Shown: one piece after another, positions 10,034 to 18,879 of the stretch
How positions within the stretch are numbered: position 1 is the stretch's first letter
How the letters are laid out: each line of letters begins with the position of its first letter
Assembly: GCA_965368975.1 (NCBI GenBank)
Contig: CBDUPA010000017.1
Coordinates: 1 to 64,000 of the forward strand
Source of the DNA: an uncultured bacterium
GTDB taxonomy: Bacteria > Acidobacteriota > Thermoanaerobaculia > Multivoradales > JAHZIX01
Length of the DNA stretch: 64,000 nucleotides
Direction of reading: 5' to 3'
Notes under the pieces: model-generated
What the model was told of the DNA's origin: nothing
Database searches by the model: none
The model's input: only the letters and a program-made list of their open reading frames with translations
Translations under genes and position numbers: made by a program

Positions 10034-11926
10034 TTGGTCGACCGGGGTGGGATCCTCGGGCGAGTCTGGCTGTGGCTTGCACTCTTCTGTCTCTCCCTGG
10101 CCCCCGTCCACGCCGCCACCGTGCTCGAGAAGACCGTCCTCGTGACGGTCGCCGCCAACGGTCTGACCCAGACCGACGAGACGATCCGGGTCCGCCTGGA
10201 CGAGGAAGGGGACCTGGAACGCTGGTCGCCGTACTACGTCATCCTGGACGAGAACCTGACCCTGGAAGAGCTCGAGGCGGTCGCGGTGACCCCCACTGGG
10301 CAGCGCAAGAAAGTGCGCAGCCGGCACCAAGACCGCACGCACGTCTCCGGTGGCGGCGCGCTGCACAGTTCCCTGGAGGCCCAGGTCGTGCACTTCCCGT
10401 CGGTGCCGGTGGGCAGCGTGCTCGAGGTGCGCTACCGGACCGAGGAGCGCCCCTACTTCGATGCTGGGCGGCTGTTCGTCGCCGAGCGCGACCCGATCGA
10501 GCGGCTGCGTATCGAGGTGCGCGGTCCCACCCAGGGCTGGCGCTGGCACCTGGCGGGAGTCGACGCACCGCCACGGGTCGAGCAGCAGGAAGGGGCCGAG
10601 GTGGAAGCCCTGGCACGCCAGCTACTGAGTCAGCTGTTGCGCGTCGACGAGACTCCGGGCAAGCTGGTGATCGAAAGCAGCTGGGTACCCGCGGCTGACG
10701 ACTGGCCGCGTGCACCGGAACTGCTCTACGCCTGGGGAGCCGTGGACAGCTGGCCGGCAGTGGCCGGCTGGTACCAGGATCTGCTGCAGCCGGTGCGCCG
10801 CGGTGACGCCGAGGTGCGGACACAGGCACGGCACTTGATCCAAGGGCTGGAGACGCCGCGCGAGCGGCTGGAAGTGCTGCTCCGCTTTCTGCGTCAGGAC
10901 GTGCGCTATGTGGGGGTCCAGGTGGGGATCGGCGGCTACCGGCCGACGCCGCCGGACGAAGTGCTCGAGCGTCGCTGGGGCGACTGCAAGGACAAGGCGA
11001 TGCTGCTCATCGACCTGCTCGACGAGGCCGGGATCGCCGCGTATCCCGTGCTCATCCGTTCGTCGATCCACGGTCACATCGACGCCGATTTTCCGTCGCC
11101 CCTGCAATTCAATCACCTGATCGTGGCGGTGCCCGAGGCGGCCGTGGAGGTGGGCGAGGAAGATCCGGTGGCCGACGGTCTGTTGTTCCTCGATCCGACC
11201 CAGGAACGCGGTAGCGCCGGCTGGCTGCACCCGAGCGTGCAGGAGAAGTCGGCCCTGGTCGTCGCGGGGAATGCCTCGGGTCTCGTCACCACCCCGGGCA
11301 GCCGGCAGCAAGAGCGTCGCCAGGTGGTGGTCGACTTGGTGGTCGGGGTAGACGGCATTGGCCGCGGCACGGCCGACCTCAGCATCACTGGCACCCGCGC
11401 CACCGCGTGGCGTAGCTACCTGGGGACCGACCAGGCCGAGGTGGCCTTCCGCGAGTTGGTGGCCACCGTGCTACCCGGCTACCAGCTGAGTGACCTGTTC
11501 TGGGCCTTCGAGGACTCCAGCGTGCCGATGCTGCAACTCGGGGCCCACGTCGAGGGCCTGGTAGTCGAAGGTGAGCCCGGCCGGCGCTCCTTCCGCCTGC
11601 CGGGCCTGACGTCCACTCCCGAGCCACGCGACCTGCGCGACGCCGAGTTGCCCTACACCCTGGTGCCGGTGCAAGATTTGGTGCGCTGGACCCTCACCCT
11701 GCCCTCCGACTGGTGTCCACTACCGGCGACCTCCAAGCGTGAACAGACCGAGGCCGGCTGGTTTCTGCAGCAGGTCAGCCACCTGGAGGGCAAGGTGCAG
11801 ATCGATCGTCGCAGCGAGGTGACCCTACGCAGCTACGACGACGCGGACAGCCTGGAAGCCTTGCGCACCTTGGCGCTGGTAGAGCACCGGGTGCAGCGGC
11901 GGCGCTTGCGGTTGCAGTGTGAGTAG
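10034..11926 (+). CDS. Secreted DUF3857 + transglutaminase-like protein (intact Cys-His-Asp triad)
   Basis: Start is uncertain (TTG 10034, before the signal peptide VWLWLALFCLSLAPVHA). Motifs: FPSVPVGSVLEVRY; VRYVGVQVGIGGYRP, WGDCKDKA, QFNHLIV, FLDPT. Confidence 0.8.
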   Translation: MVDRGGILGRVWLWLALFCLSLAPVHAATVLEKTVLVTVAANGLTQTDETIRVRLDEEGDLERWSPYYVILDENLTLEELEAVAVTPTGQRKKVRSRHQDRTHVSGGGALHSSLEAQVVHFPSVPVGSVLEVRYRTEERPYFDAGRLFVAERDPIERLRIEVRGPTQGWRWHLAGVDAPPRVEQQEGAEVEALARQLLSQLLRVDETPGKLVIESSWVPAADDWPRAPELLYAWGAVDSWPAVAGWYQDLLQPVRRGDAEVRTQARHLIQGLETPRERLEVLLRFLRQDVRYVGVQVGIGGYRPTPPDEVLERRWGDCKDKAMLLIDLLDEAGIAAYPVLIRSSIHGHIDADFPSPLQFNHLIVAVPEAAVEVGEEDPVADGLLFLDPTQERGSAGWLHPSVQEKSALVVAGNASGLVTTPGSRQQERRQVVVDLVVGVDGIGRGTADLSITGTRATAWRSYLGTDQAEVAFRELVATVLPGYQLSDLFWAFEDSSVPMLQLGAHVEGLVVEGEPGRRSFRLPGLTSTPEPRDLRDAELPYTLVPVQDLVRWTLTLPSDWCPLPATSKREQTEAGWFLQQVSHLEGKVQIDRRSEVTLRSYDDADSLEALRTLALVEHRVQRRRLRLQCE

Positions 11927-14884
11927 CTACTCGAAGACCCACGCCACACCGCACAGGCGCTCGCCCTCGCGGCTGAAGAACGGCGGTTCCAGGCGCACGA
12001 CGGTGCCGGCTTCGGTGCGCAGGGCGCTACCGGCACGGGCGGCGAGGTCGAGCACCTTGCAGTGGCCTTCGAGGAAGGGATACCGCTCGTGGCCGAGTCG
12101 TGCCTTGTAGTAGGGAGCGGGCTGGTACTCGAGGCCGAGTTCGGTGGCGAGATCGATGATCAGCTCGTGGAAGCTGACCGGCAGGCCGTGCCCGGGCATG
12201 CGCTCGCTGAGCGCCTGGCGTAGTCCCTTGTAGGTACTCGGATCGAGTTGTTCGCGCGGGAAGGCCTCGGTGAGGTATTGCAGAGCGGCCACCACCTCGC
12301 ACAGGGTCTGGACGGGCAACGAGTCCGGGTCGCCGGTCGCCTCGGTGAAGCGGCGCAAGGTGGCGCGCGAGCCGCGGAACTCGTGCTGCGCGGGCGCGGG
12401 CAGCACGCCGAGCAAGGACTCGAGATCCGGGGCCGGCACGGCCTGCAAGGCGACCTCGGTGAGGATGGGCCACAGGTGTTCGATCCAGCGACCGAGGCCG
12501 CGACGCAGGACCAAGGCTGCCGGGCCTTTGCTGGCAGGCGTTGCAGCGGGCTCCACTGCTGGTTCTACTGCTGGTTCTACTGCTGGTTCTACTGCTGGTT
12601 CTACTGGGCGCTCGACCGCGGGGGGCACCGGTGCTCCGGCGACGTGCTCGAGTCGTGCTTCGAGGGCGCGCAGTTGGTCGGCCATGGCATCGATGCGCTG
12701 CTGGTCTTCCTGGTGCCGCTGCTCGAGCTGCTGCAGGCGGTCGCGCAGGGCCGCTTCTTGGGCGGCTGCCTGCGGGGAGGCATCCTGGCCGGAGCTGCCC
12801 GGTCTGTCTTGGCCCGTGGGCGGTGCCGCGTCCGCGGCGGCCGCGAGGGCGGCTCGTGCCGAGGGTAGGTCGGCGATGGTGACGTCCAGCGCCTCGTCGC
12901 CGACAGAGGATGCGGCGGGCAAGACCTCTTCGATGCGCTGCTCGCGTCCCAGGACGGGTGCGGCTTCCGCGGGCGGCATTGCGGCTACGGGCAAGGTCTG
13001 GGGCGCAGGTTGCAGGGCCATGGTAGGCGGCTCGAGATCGATGGAAAGGCGGGGGATCGTCGGTGCTTCGACGTTCTCAGCCGCGGCGACGTGTGCTGGC
13101 GGTGCTGGTGGTGCTTGGGGCAACCCGGCTGGTTCGCTGGGGGTGGGCTCACTGGCAGGCTGCAGCAAGGGCGTTGGTGTGCCGGGCAGCGAAGGCACTG
13201 GTGTCAATTCCGGGAACGGATCTTCGAGGTCGGGGCGCAGTCGCGACACGGCGGTGGTGTCGAGACCCGTCCGGCGCCGCATGCCGCGCAGCACGAAGAG
13301 AACGACCAGCAGGAGCAGGAGGCCTCCGACGGTGGCCAGGGCCCAGCTGAGCGGTACGTCGAGGCCACCAGGCAGGTGGACAGTGTCACCGTCGACGGAG
13401 AAGCCCAGGCTTCCGAGACCCCAGTCACGACCGCTCGAGATCGGCGTGTCGGTGGCGGTCGGTAGCGTGCTGGGATCCTGGCTCGCCGAGGCGGGCTCGT
13501 CGCTCGGTGGGTCGAGGTCGGGCAGGCGTAGGGTGACCGCCGCACCGTCGGGAAGCTGGAACAGGGCCTCGGAGGTGGTCACGGCGGCGTCCGGATCCGC
13601 TTGCCACAGCCAACTGACGCTGCCATCGTCGCCGACCCGGCTGAGGATCGGCGGCTTGTCGCTCAGCACCAGGTCGCCGCCGAAGCCGGTCAGCAGACTG
13701 CGCCCGAGGTTGCGCTGCCACGGCTCGACGTCGTTGCACGGCGTGGCACTGCCCAGGCGCTCGCTGCACGCTTCGAGCAAGGAACCCTGCAGGTCATTCA
13801 GGTTCGGATTCGGGGCCTCGGGAGCCCAGGTGTAGAGCCGCGAGCGCAGTTCGCGGTCGCGCGCACACAGCTCGGTGCTGCCGGCCAGAGTACACAGGTC
13901 GATTCCGCTCGGGCTGAAGCTGGTTGGCGGCTGCAGGAAGGTCGGCGCGGCGTTCCAGGTGTCGGGGGCCAGCGGTGCCAGGGCCCGCACACCCGGGCGC
14001 CACGGGTCGGCGGCGAGATCGGTCATGGCCACCGCCTGCGTGTCGACCCAGTGGACATCCAAGAAGTGGTCCGAGCGCAAGCGTGCGACATCGTCCTCGG
14101 GCACCGGGAACAGGCGCAGGATGAGGTAGCCCGCCTCGCCCTGACAGTCGCCCGGGTTGCGCCGCTCCAGCCAGCGCTGGAAGCGCCGCACCTCGACGTC
14201 GCGCAGTTCGTCCGGGCGCGGTGGCTCGTTGGGTTGGACATAGGTGTAGCCACCCCGGCGGCTGGGCCGTGCGTGGCTGGTCAGCGTCACGGGCCGCCAG
14301 CCGGCGTCCTCGGTCAGGCTCAGGTTCGCCGGTACGGGGCGTGAGCGCACCACGCAGCCGCCCAGGCGACCGATGTCGAGATCGCCCAGCCGCTCGGCTG
14401 GACTCACCTGCGGTGCCGACTGGCGCCAGGCGGCCTCGACGGCGTCGAGCAGGATGCTCCAGCGCGACGCCTCGGCCAAGCCTTCGGCGTCGTCCACGTC
14501 CGCGACCAGCCAGAGCTCACGGCCGGGGCCGACCGCCAGCACCGGAAAGCCGGTCAGCTCGGCGTCGACACTCCACGCCTGGGCTCGCTTGCCGGTGGAG
14601 CCGGACTGGCGGTAGACCACCTCGACGTCCGGGTCGGGATAGCTCGGGATGTCGGTATTGCTCTCCACCCAGCGCCAGCTCAGCTTGACCTCGTCGGCTG
14701 CAGATGGCGGCTGCTGGTCGTTGCCACCGACCGCCAGGTACACGTAGTCCGACCCGGTCAATCGCGCGTTCAAGAACCACACGCCCGGCACCTCGGCTGC
14801 CGTCACACCCGGCAGCAGCAAGGCGAGCAGAAGGCAGCCAGTTGCGGCGATGAGGAGCGGGATCGAGGCCGTTCTTCTGTCCAT
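11927..14884 (-). CDS. Hypothetical single-pass membrane protein: signal peptide, Cys-containing ectodomain, TM, Pro-rich linker, coiled coil, GrpE-like C-terminus (paralog of 15589..18879)
   Basis: Signal peptide; TM WALATVGGLLLLLVVLFVLRGMRRR; coiled coil ALRDRLQQLEQR. It shares the VPGVWFLN, GFPVL.GPG.ELWL and LDAVEAAWR blocks with the paralog. Confidence 0.7.
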   Translation of the reverse strand: MDRRTASIPLLIAATGCLLLALLLPGVTAAEVPGVWFLNARLTGSDYVYLAVGGNDQQPPSAADEVKLSWRWVESNTDIPSYPDPDVEVVYRQSGSTGKRAQAWSVDAELTGFPVLAVGPGRELWLVADVDDAEGLAEASRWSILLDAVEAAWRQSAPQVSPAERLGDLDIGRLGGCVVRSRPVPANLSLTEDAGWRPVTLTSHARPSRRGGYTYVQPNEPPRPDELRDVEVRRFQRWLERRNPGDCQGEAGYLILRLFPVPEDDVARLRSDHFLDVHWVDTQAVAMTDLAADPWRPGVRALAPLAPDTWNAAPTFLQPPTSFSPSGIDLCTLAGSTELCARDRELRSRLYTWAPEAPNPNLNDLQGSLLEACSERLGSATPCNDVEPWQRNLGRSLLTGFGGDLVLSDKPPILSRVGDDGSVSWLWQADPDAAVTTSEALFQLPDGAAVTLRLPDLDPPSDEPASASQDPSTLPTATDTPISSGRDWGLGSLGFSVDGDTVHLPGGLDVPLSWALATVGGLLLLLVVLFVLRGMRRRTGLDTTAVSRLRPDLEDPFPELTPVPSLPGTPTPLLQPASEPTPSEPAGLPQAPPAPPAHVAAAENVEAPTIPRLSIDLEPPTMALQPAPQTLPVAAMPPAEAAPVLGREQRIEEVLPAASSVGDEALDVTIADLPSARAALAAAADAAPPTGQDRPGSSGQDASPQAAAQEAALRDRLQQLEQRHQEDQQRIDAMADQLRALEARLEHVAGAPVPPAVERPVEPAVEPAVEPAVEPAVEPAATPASKGPAALVLRRGLGRWIEHLWPILTEVALQAVPAPDLESLLGVLPAPAQHEFRGSRATLRRFTEATGDPDSLPVQTLCEVVAALQYLTEAFPREQLDPSTYKGLRQALSERMPGHGLPVSFHELIIDLATELGLEYQPAPYYKARLGHERYPFLEGHCKVLDLAARAGSALRTEAGTVVRLEPPFFSREGERLCGVAWVFE
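12555..12606. repeat. Perfect 12-nt tandem repeat (ACTGCTGGTTCT)x4 encoding (EPAV)n
   Basis: Four identical units plus ACTG. The A-ending codons (GAA CCA GCA GTA) are atypical for the gene. Confidence 0.9.
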
Positions 14885-14925
14885 TTCGACTTCCAGTTTA
14901 CAGAATCTCTGCGGCTACAGCGGTG

Positions 14926-15588
14926 TCAGGCGAGCTTGCGCAGGCGCCAGGCGCTGGTCAGGAGTAGATCGTTGGGGCCATGGATCAGCGCTTCGTCGCA
15001 GAAGTGGCGGAACAGGCCATCGTGGTCGCTCACCTGTTCGGGTAGGTCGTTGTCGTCACAATACTGTTGCCAGCGAGCGCGCATCTGCTGGATCGAGTAG
15101 CCGACGTCACGCAGTCGCGGCCACGGAATGAACGGGCGTGCCAGTAGCCGGAAGCGCGGGTCCTGGCCTCCGGTGCGTTCGGTCAGCAGTTCGGCGCGGC
15201 GCAGCGGCCCGAGCACGTCCAGGTGCACCAACTCGCCGGCGCTCTCCGGTGGCGCCGCCAGGGGCAGCTGCAACCGATCGACGCGTCCGGGCCGGCGCAG
15301 GCGTTCGTGCAGCTCGTCGTGCCAGCGCTGGCGCTCGTCGTCGAGCACTTCGCTCCAGGCGGCGTGGGCCGTACCGTCTTCTTCCAGCACCACCAGCACC
15401 TTGAGCACCCACAGCGGCAGGTCGCGGCGCTGCGGGTCGGTGTGCTCGGCGAGGGTCAGGAACGGACTGTTCCGGTGCGGTGGTGACAGCAGCTCGTAAC
15501 AGCTTTCTTCGCCGTGCCCCCCCGGCCGGCGCAGGTGCGCCAGGCGCCGGATCAGGGTCTGGTGGAAGCCGGGGCGGTAGGTCTTCAT
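14926..15588 (-). CDS. Hypothetical protein (220 aa) within the SEDS/PBP/Hsp70-like operon
   Basis: The ATG immediately follows the upstream TGA (TGAATG). Composition is protein-like, but no family was recognised. Confidence 0.7.
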   Translation of the reverse strand: MKTYRPGFHQTLIRRLAHLRRPGGHGEESCYELLSPPHRNSPFLTLAEHTDPQRRDLPLWVLKVLVVLEEDGTAHAAWSEVLDDERQRWHDELHERLRRPGRVDRLQLPLAAPPESAGELVHLDVLGPLRRAELLTERTGGQDPRFRLLARPFIPWPRLRDVGYSIQQMRARWQQYCDDNDLPEQVSDHDGLFRHFCDEALIHGPNDLLLTSAWRLRKLA

Positions 15589-18500
15589 TCAGCTTTCACC
15601 GCGAGCGACGTGAGCATGCCCGGCGTAGTAGACGTTGTTGTCAAGGTCGAAGAGGAAGGGCCGGCGCAGACGTACGACGACTTGCGGATCGGTGGTGGCG
15701 GCGAAGCCGACCCGCTCGGAGAGTGGGATGGCGGTGACCTCGCGGCGCAGGAATTTCATGTCTTCCTGGTCGACGCGGCTCTTGTAGTAGCGCACCGGCC
15801 GGTAGCGTAGGCCGATGGCAGCGGCCAGCGGGATCAGCAGGCCGTGCACGTCGTCGGCCAGTCCGGCGTCGGCGAGTCGCTGTTGGATGCCGCCGCGCAA
15901 GTCGCTCCGGTCGCCGGCCTCCAGCTGCTCGATCGGCCAAGCCTCGAGCAAGTACTGCAAGGCCAGCGTGATGCGGCTGAACGGACCGCCTTGGTCGTAG
16001 GGTTCCAGGTAGTCGCGCAGGCGTCGCGGCAGATCCTTGATGGGGGCGGCGGATGTCTGGGCGTGGCTCGAGGGCAGCAGGCCACTCTGTTCGAGCCGAT
16101 CCAACTCGACGGCGCTGGCGGTGCCGAGGCTGCCGGGGGGGCGTCCGTCGGCGAGAGCCCCGAGGCGGCGCAGCAAGGCGGCGTCGGCCGCGGCGAAGGC
16201 GCGCAGGTCGCCGTAGGCACGGCGCCATTCGGCGGCCGCCGGAGCGGGTAGGCGTTCGGCGAGATCGAGCAGCCGGTCGCCGCCCGCCAGTGGTCGCAGG
16301 GCGGCCCAGAACTGATGGCTCCAGGCGCTCAGTTGACTACCGGCACGCAGGCCGCTGGCCAGCCGCTGGCGCTGCGCTTCGGGGAGCTGCGCCAGTTCTG
16401 CGGCCAGCTGTTCTTCGGCTGCTCGCATACTCTCGTCCAGCTGCCCGCGCGAGCGTTCGGCCAGACGCGGATCGGTGGGTTCGAGCAGACCGAGCCAACT
16501 CTCGCTGGGCAGGCGTTCGGCCAGCGCCAGCAGGCGTTCGGCCAGCTGCGGGTCGGCGGCCAGGGCGGTGTGCAGGCGGACCATCTGCCCTAGCGTGTCG
16601 GGCGCTTCGAGCAGCGGTGCCAGCGCTCGCAGGCGGTCGTCGACGTGTGTCTGCACGGCCGCGTGCGCCTGCGTCACGACGCTCTCCAGCGCCTGTTTCT
16701 GCCAGGCCTCACCGGTTTGCCGCTGGTTCGATTCGAGGTCGCTCTGCAGGGTCTGGAGCAGGGTCAGGCTCTCTTGCCGCAAGTTCTGGCGGTCCTGCTC
16801 GAGGGCCCGGCGCAGGTCGCCGAGCAGTTCGGGGAAGGGATCGCCTTCGACGCTCGCGGTGGCGGCGGGTTGTGGTGTCTCGGTCCCGGCCTCCGGGCGT
16901 TGGGCTTCCAGCTGTTCCAGGCGCTGGCGCAGCTGCTCGAGTTCACGTTGCAGGACTGCGACGGGTTCCTCCTCGATGGGTTCTCCCACGACGGGCTCCT
17001 GTTCCGAGACGGGCTCCTGTTCCGCGACGGGTTCTTCCTCCGAGACGGGCTCCTGTTCCGAGACGGGCTCCTGCCAAGCCTTGGCAGCGGAGACGTTCTC
17101 CGACGATGGGGTGTCGGCGGATGCCACAGCCACGTCGCCCTGGTGCCGCCGTCGCCGGCTCAGCCACAGCAGTCCGAGCAGCAGGAGCAGCAAGAGCAGG
17201 CCCGCGGGCAGGAGCGGCACGCCGTAGAAGGCCGGTGTGCGCAGCAGATCGAGCCAGTCGAAGTCGCCGGTAGCGCTGCTCGGCGGCCCCTGCCCGGGTG
17301 TCTCGGGTGTGGCGGACGGTGCCGGTTCGTTCAGCAGGTCGCTGAGGTCGAGGCGCAGTTCGTAGCCGTCGAGCAGGGTCAGCGGCAGGTTGTCGAGGGT
17401 CGCCAGGCTGGTGGTGTCGCCGGTGTGACTGAGGCGCCAGTTGAGGGGCCCGTCCTTGAGCCAGGTGCTGAGCAGCTGTGGCACCGCCGGCTGGGCGCTC
17501 CAGGCGTCGCCGAGGGTGACGACGCCGCCGAAGTGGCTGAGGAAGGCGCCGCCCTGGGAGACGTGCCAGTCGTCGGTGTCACAGGAGGCGCCGGGCAAAT
17601 CGGCGAGCGCGGCTTCGCAGGCGTCGAGCAGACGCTGGCGGCGGGCAGCGGTCCACACCGCGGAGGTGGCAGGATCTGGACGGTAGAGCTGGCGGCGCAA
17701 GCGCAGGTCGCGGTCGCAGGCGGCGCGTGTGACGTCCGTGGCATTGGCGCACAGGTCGATCGTCTCACCGGCGCGCAGCGCTGTTTGCTGCTCGGCGGTG
17801 AGGCGTGGCCGGGCGTGCAGGGAACCGGCCGTGCCGGCGGCGCTCAGTGTGTCCAGGGACGGGTCGATGATGGTGCGCAGTCCAGCTTCCCAGGTGTCCG
17901 GATCGAGCTGGTAGAACTCGAGCCGGCGCACGGAGGTGCCGCGCAGGGTCAGGAAGGACTCGCTGGTTTCGGGGATCGGGAACAGCTGCAGGCTGGACGG
18001 TGCACCGTCATCGGGGCCGCAGTCCGGTGCCGCATCGGGGGAGCTGGGCTCTACCCAGCGCAGGAAGCGGTGGACTTCGACCGCCTTGCTGGTGCCGGTC
18101 TCGGTGGCATTGGTTTCAGTGGTGCCGGCGTCGGTGTAGAACGCACCCCCCTGCAGGCTGGCGCGCGCTCGGCCGGCCAGCTGGTGCGGCGCCCAGCCAT
18201 CGCTTGGGTCGGTGCCGGGCACGGCCGCCGACCGGACGCGGCAGCTGCCCAGCTCGCCGATGGTCTGCACGCCGAGCGGATCGCTGACGGCAGGCATCGA
18301 ATGGCGCCAGGCGGCCTCGACGGCGTCGAGGACTTGGACCCAGCCCGCCGCTTCCGGATCCCGGCCACCGCCGATGTTGGCCAGTAACCACAGCTCGTTG
18401 CCTGGTCCAAGACCGAGCACGGGGAAGCCGCGGGCGGCGGCGTCGAGCGGTTGGTTGCGGTAGCGGTTGTTGTCGCTGCTGCCGGCGGCGAAGCGACCGC

Positions 18501-18879
18501 GGGCGCCGGTGTCGGGGAAGCGTTCGGGGCCGTCTCCGGTGGTGCTCGGCTCCCACAGCCAGCCGATCTCGACCTGGTCGAGACGCGTGGGCGGCGTCTC
18601 GGGCGTGCCCCCGACCGACAGCCGTACCCAATCGCCGGCCGCGCCGGTGCCCAGGGTGTTGAGGAACCAGACCCCCGGGACGCCGCTGGGCTCCTCTCGG
18701 ACCGGCTCGGCGGGCGCCGGCTCGTCCTGAGCGAGTAGCGCGGTGGAGGTGACGAGCGCTGTACAGGTGACGAGTGCGGTGAGCAGCAGGCCGGCGCGCA
18801 GCCAGGCCGTGACGGTCGCGTGGTCGCGCGGCGTCGCACGATCGGGGGTAGCTGTGCCGGTGGAGGAAGGGCAGGTCAT
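15589..18879 (-). CDS. Hypothetical single-pass membrane protein: signal peptide, ectodomain, TM, acidic repeats, long coiled coil, GrpE-like C-terminus
   Basis: Start reassigned to ATG 18879 (ATGA overlap with the upstream stop). Signal ...TALLA/QDEP; TM LLPAGLLLLLLLLGLLWLSRRRRH; coiled coil VLQRELEQLRQRLEQLE. Paralogous to 11927..14884. Confidence 0.72.
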   Translation of the reverse strand: MTCPSSTGTATPDRATPRDHATVTAWLRAGLLLTALVTCTALVTSTALLAQDEPAPAEPVREEPSGVPGVWFLNTLGTGAAGDWVRLSVGGTPETPPTRLDQVEIGWLWEPSTTGDGPERFPDTGARGRFAAGSSDNNRYRNQPLDAAARGFPVLGLGPGNELWLLANIGGGRDPEAAGWVQVLDAVEAAWRHSMPAVSDPLGVQTIGELGSCRVRSAAVPGTDPSDGWAPHQLAGRARASLQGGAFYTDAGTTETNATETGTSKAVEVHRFLRWVEPSSPDAAPDCGPDDGAPSSLQLFPIPETSESFLTLRGTSVRRLEFYQLDPDTWEAGLRTIIDPSLDTLSAAGTAGSLHARPRLTAEQQTALRAGETIDLCANATDVTRAACDRDLRLRRQLYRPDPATSAVWTAARRQRLLDACEAALADLPGASCDTDDWHVSQGGAFLSHFGGVVTLGDAWSAQPAVPQLLSTWLKDGPLNWRLSHTGDTTSLATLDNLPLTLLDGYELRLDLSDLLNEPAPSATPETPGQGPPSSATGDFDWLDLLRTPAFYGVPLLPAGLLLLLLLLGLLWLSRRRRHQGDVAVASADTPSSENVSAAKAWQEPVSEQEPVSEEEPVAEQEPVSEQEPVVGEPIEEEPVAVLQRELEQLRQRLEQLEAQRPEAGTETPQPAATASVEGDPFPELLGDLRRALEQDRQNLRQESLTLLQTLQSDLESNQRQTGEAWQKQALESVVTQAHAAVQTHVDDRLRALAPLLEAPDTLGQMVRLHTALAADPQLAERLLALAERLPSESWLGLLEPTDPRLAERSRGQLDESMRAAEEQLAAELAQLPEAQRQRLASGLRAGSQLSAWSHQFWAALRPLAGGDRLLDLAERLPAPAAAEWRRAYGDLRAFAAADAALLRRLGALADGRPPGSLGTASAVELDRLEQSGLLPSSHAQTSAAPIKDLPRRLRDYLEPYDQGGPFSRITLALQYLLEAWPIEQLEAGDRSDLRGGIQQRLADAGLADDVHGLLIPLAAAIGLRYRPVRYYKSRVDQEDMKFLRREVTAIPLSERVGFAATTDPQVVVRLRRPFLFDLDNNVYYAGHAHVARGES
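16990..17073. repeat. 18-nt tandem repeat encoding (SEQEPV)-like units
   Basis: GACGGG-starting units at 16990, 17008, 17026, 17044 and 17062. Confidence 0.85.
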
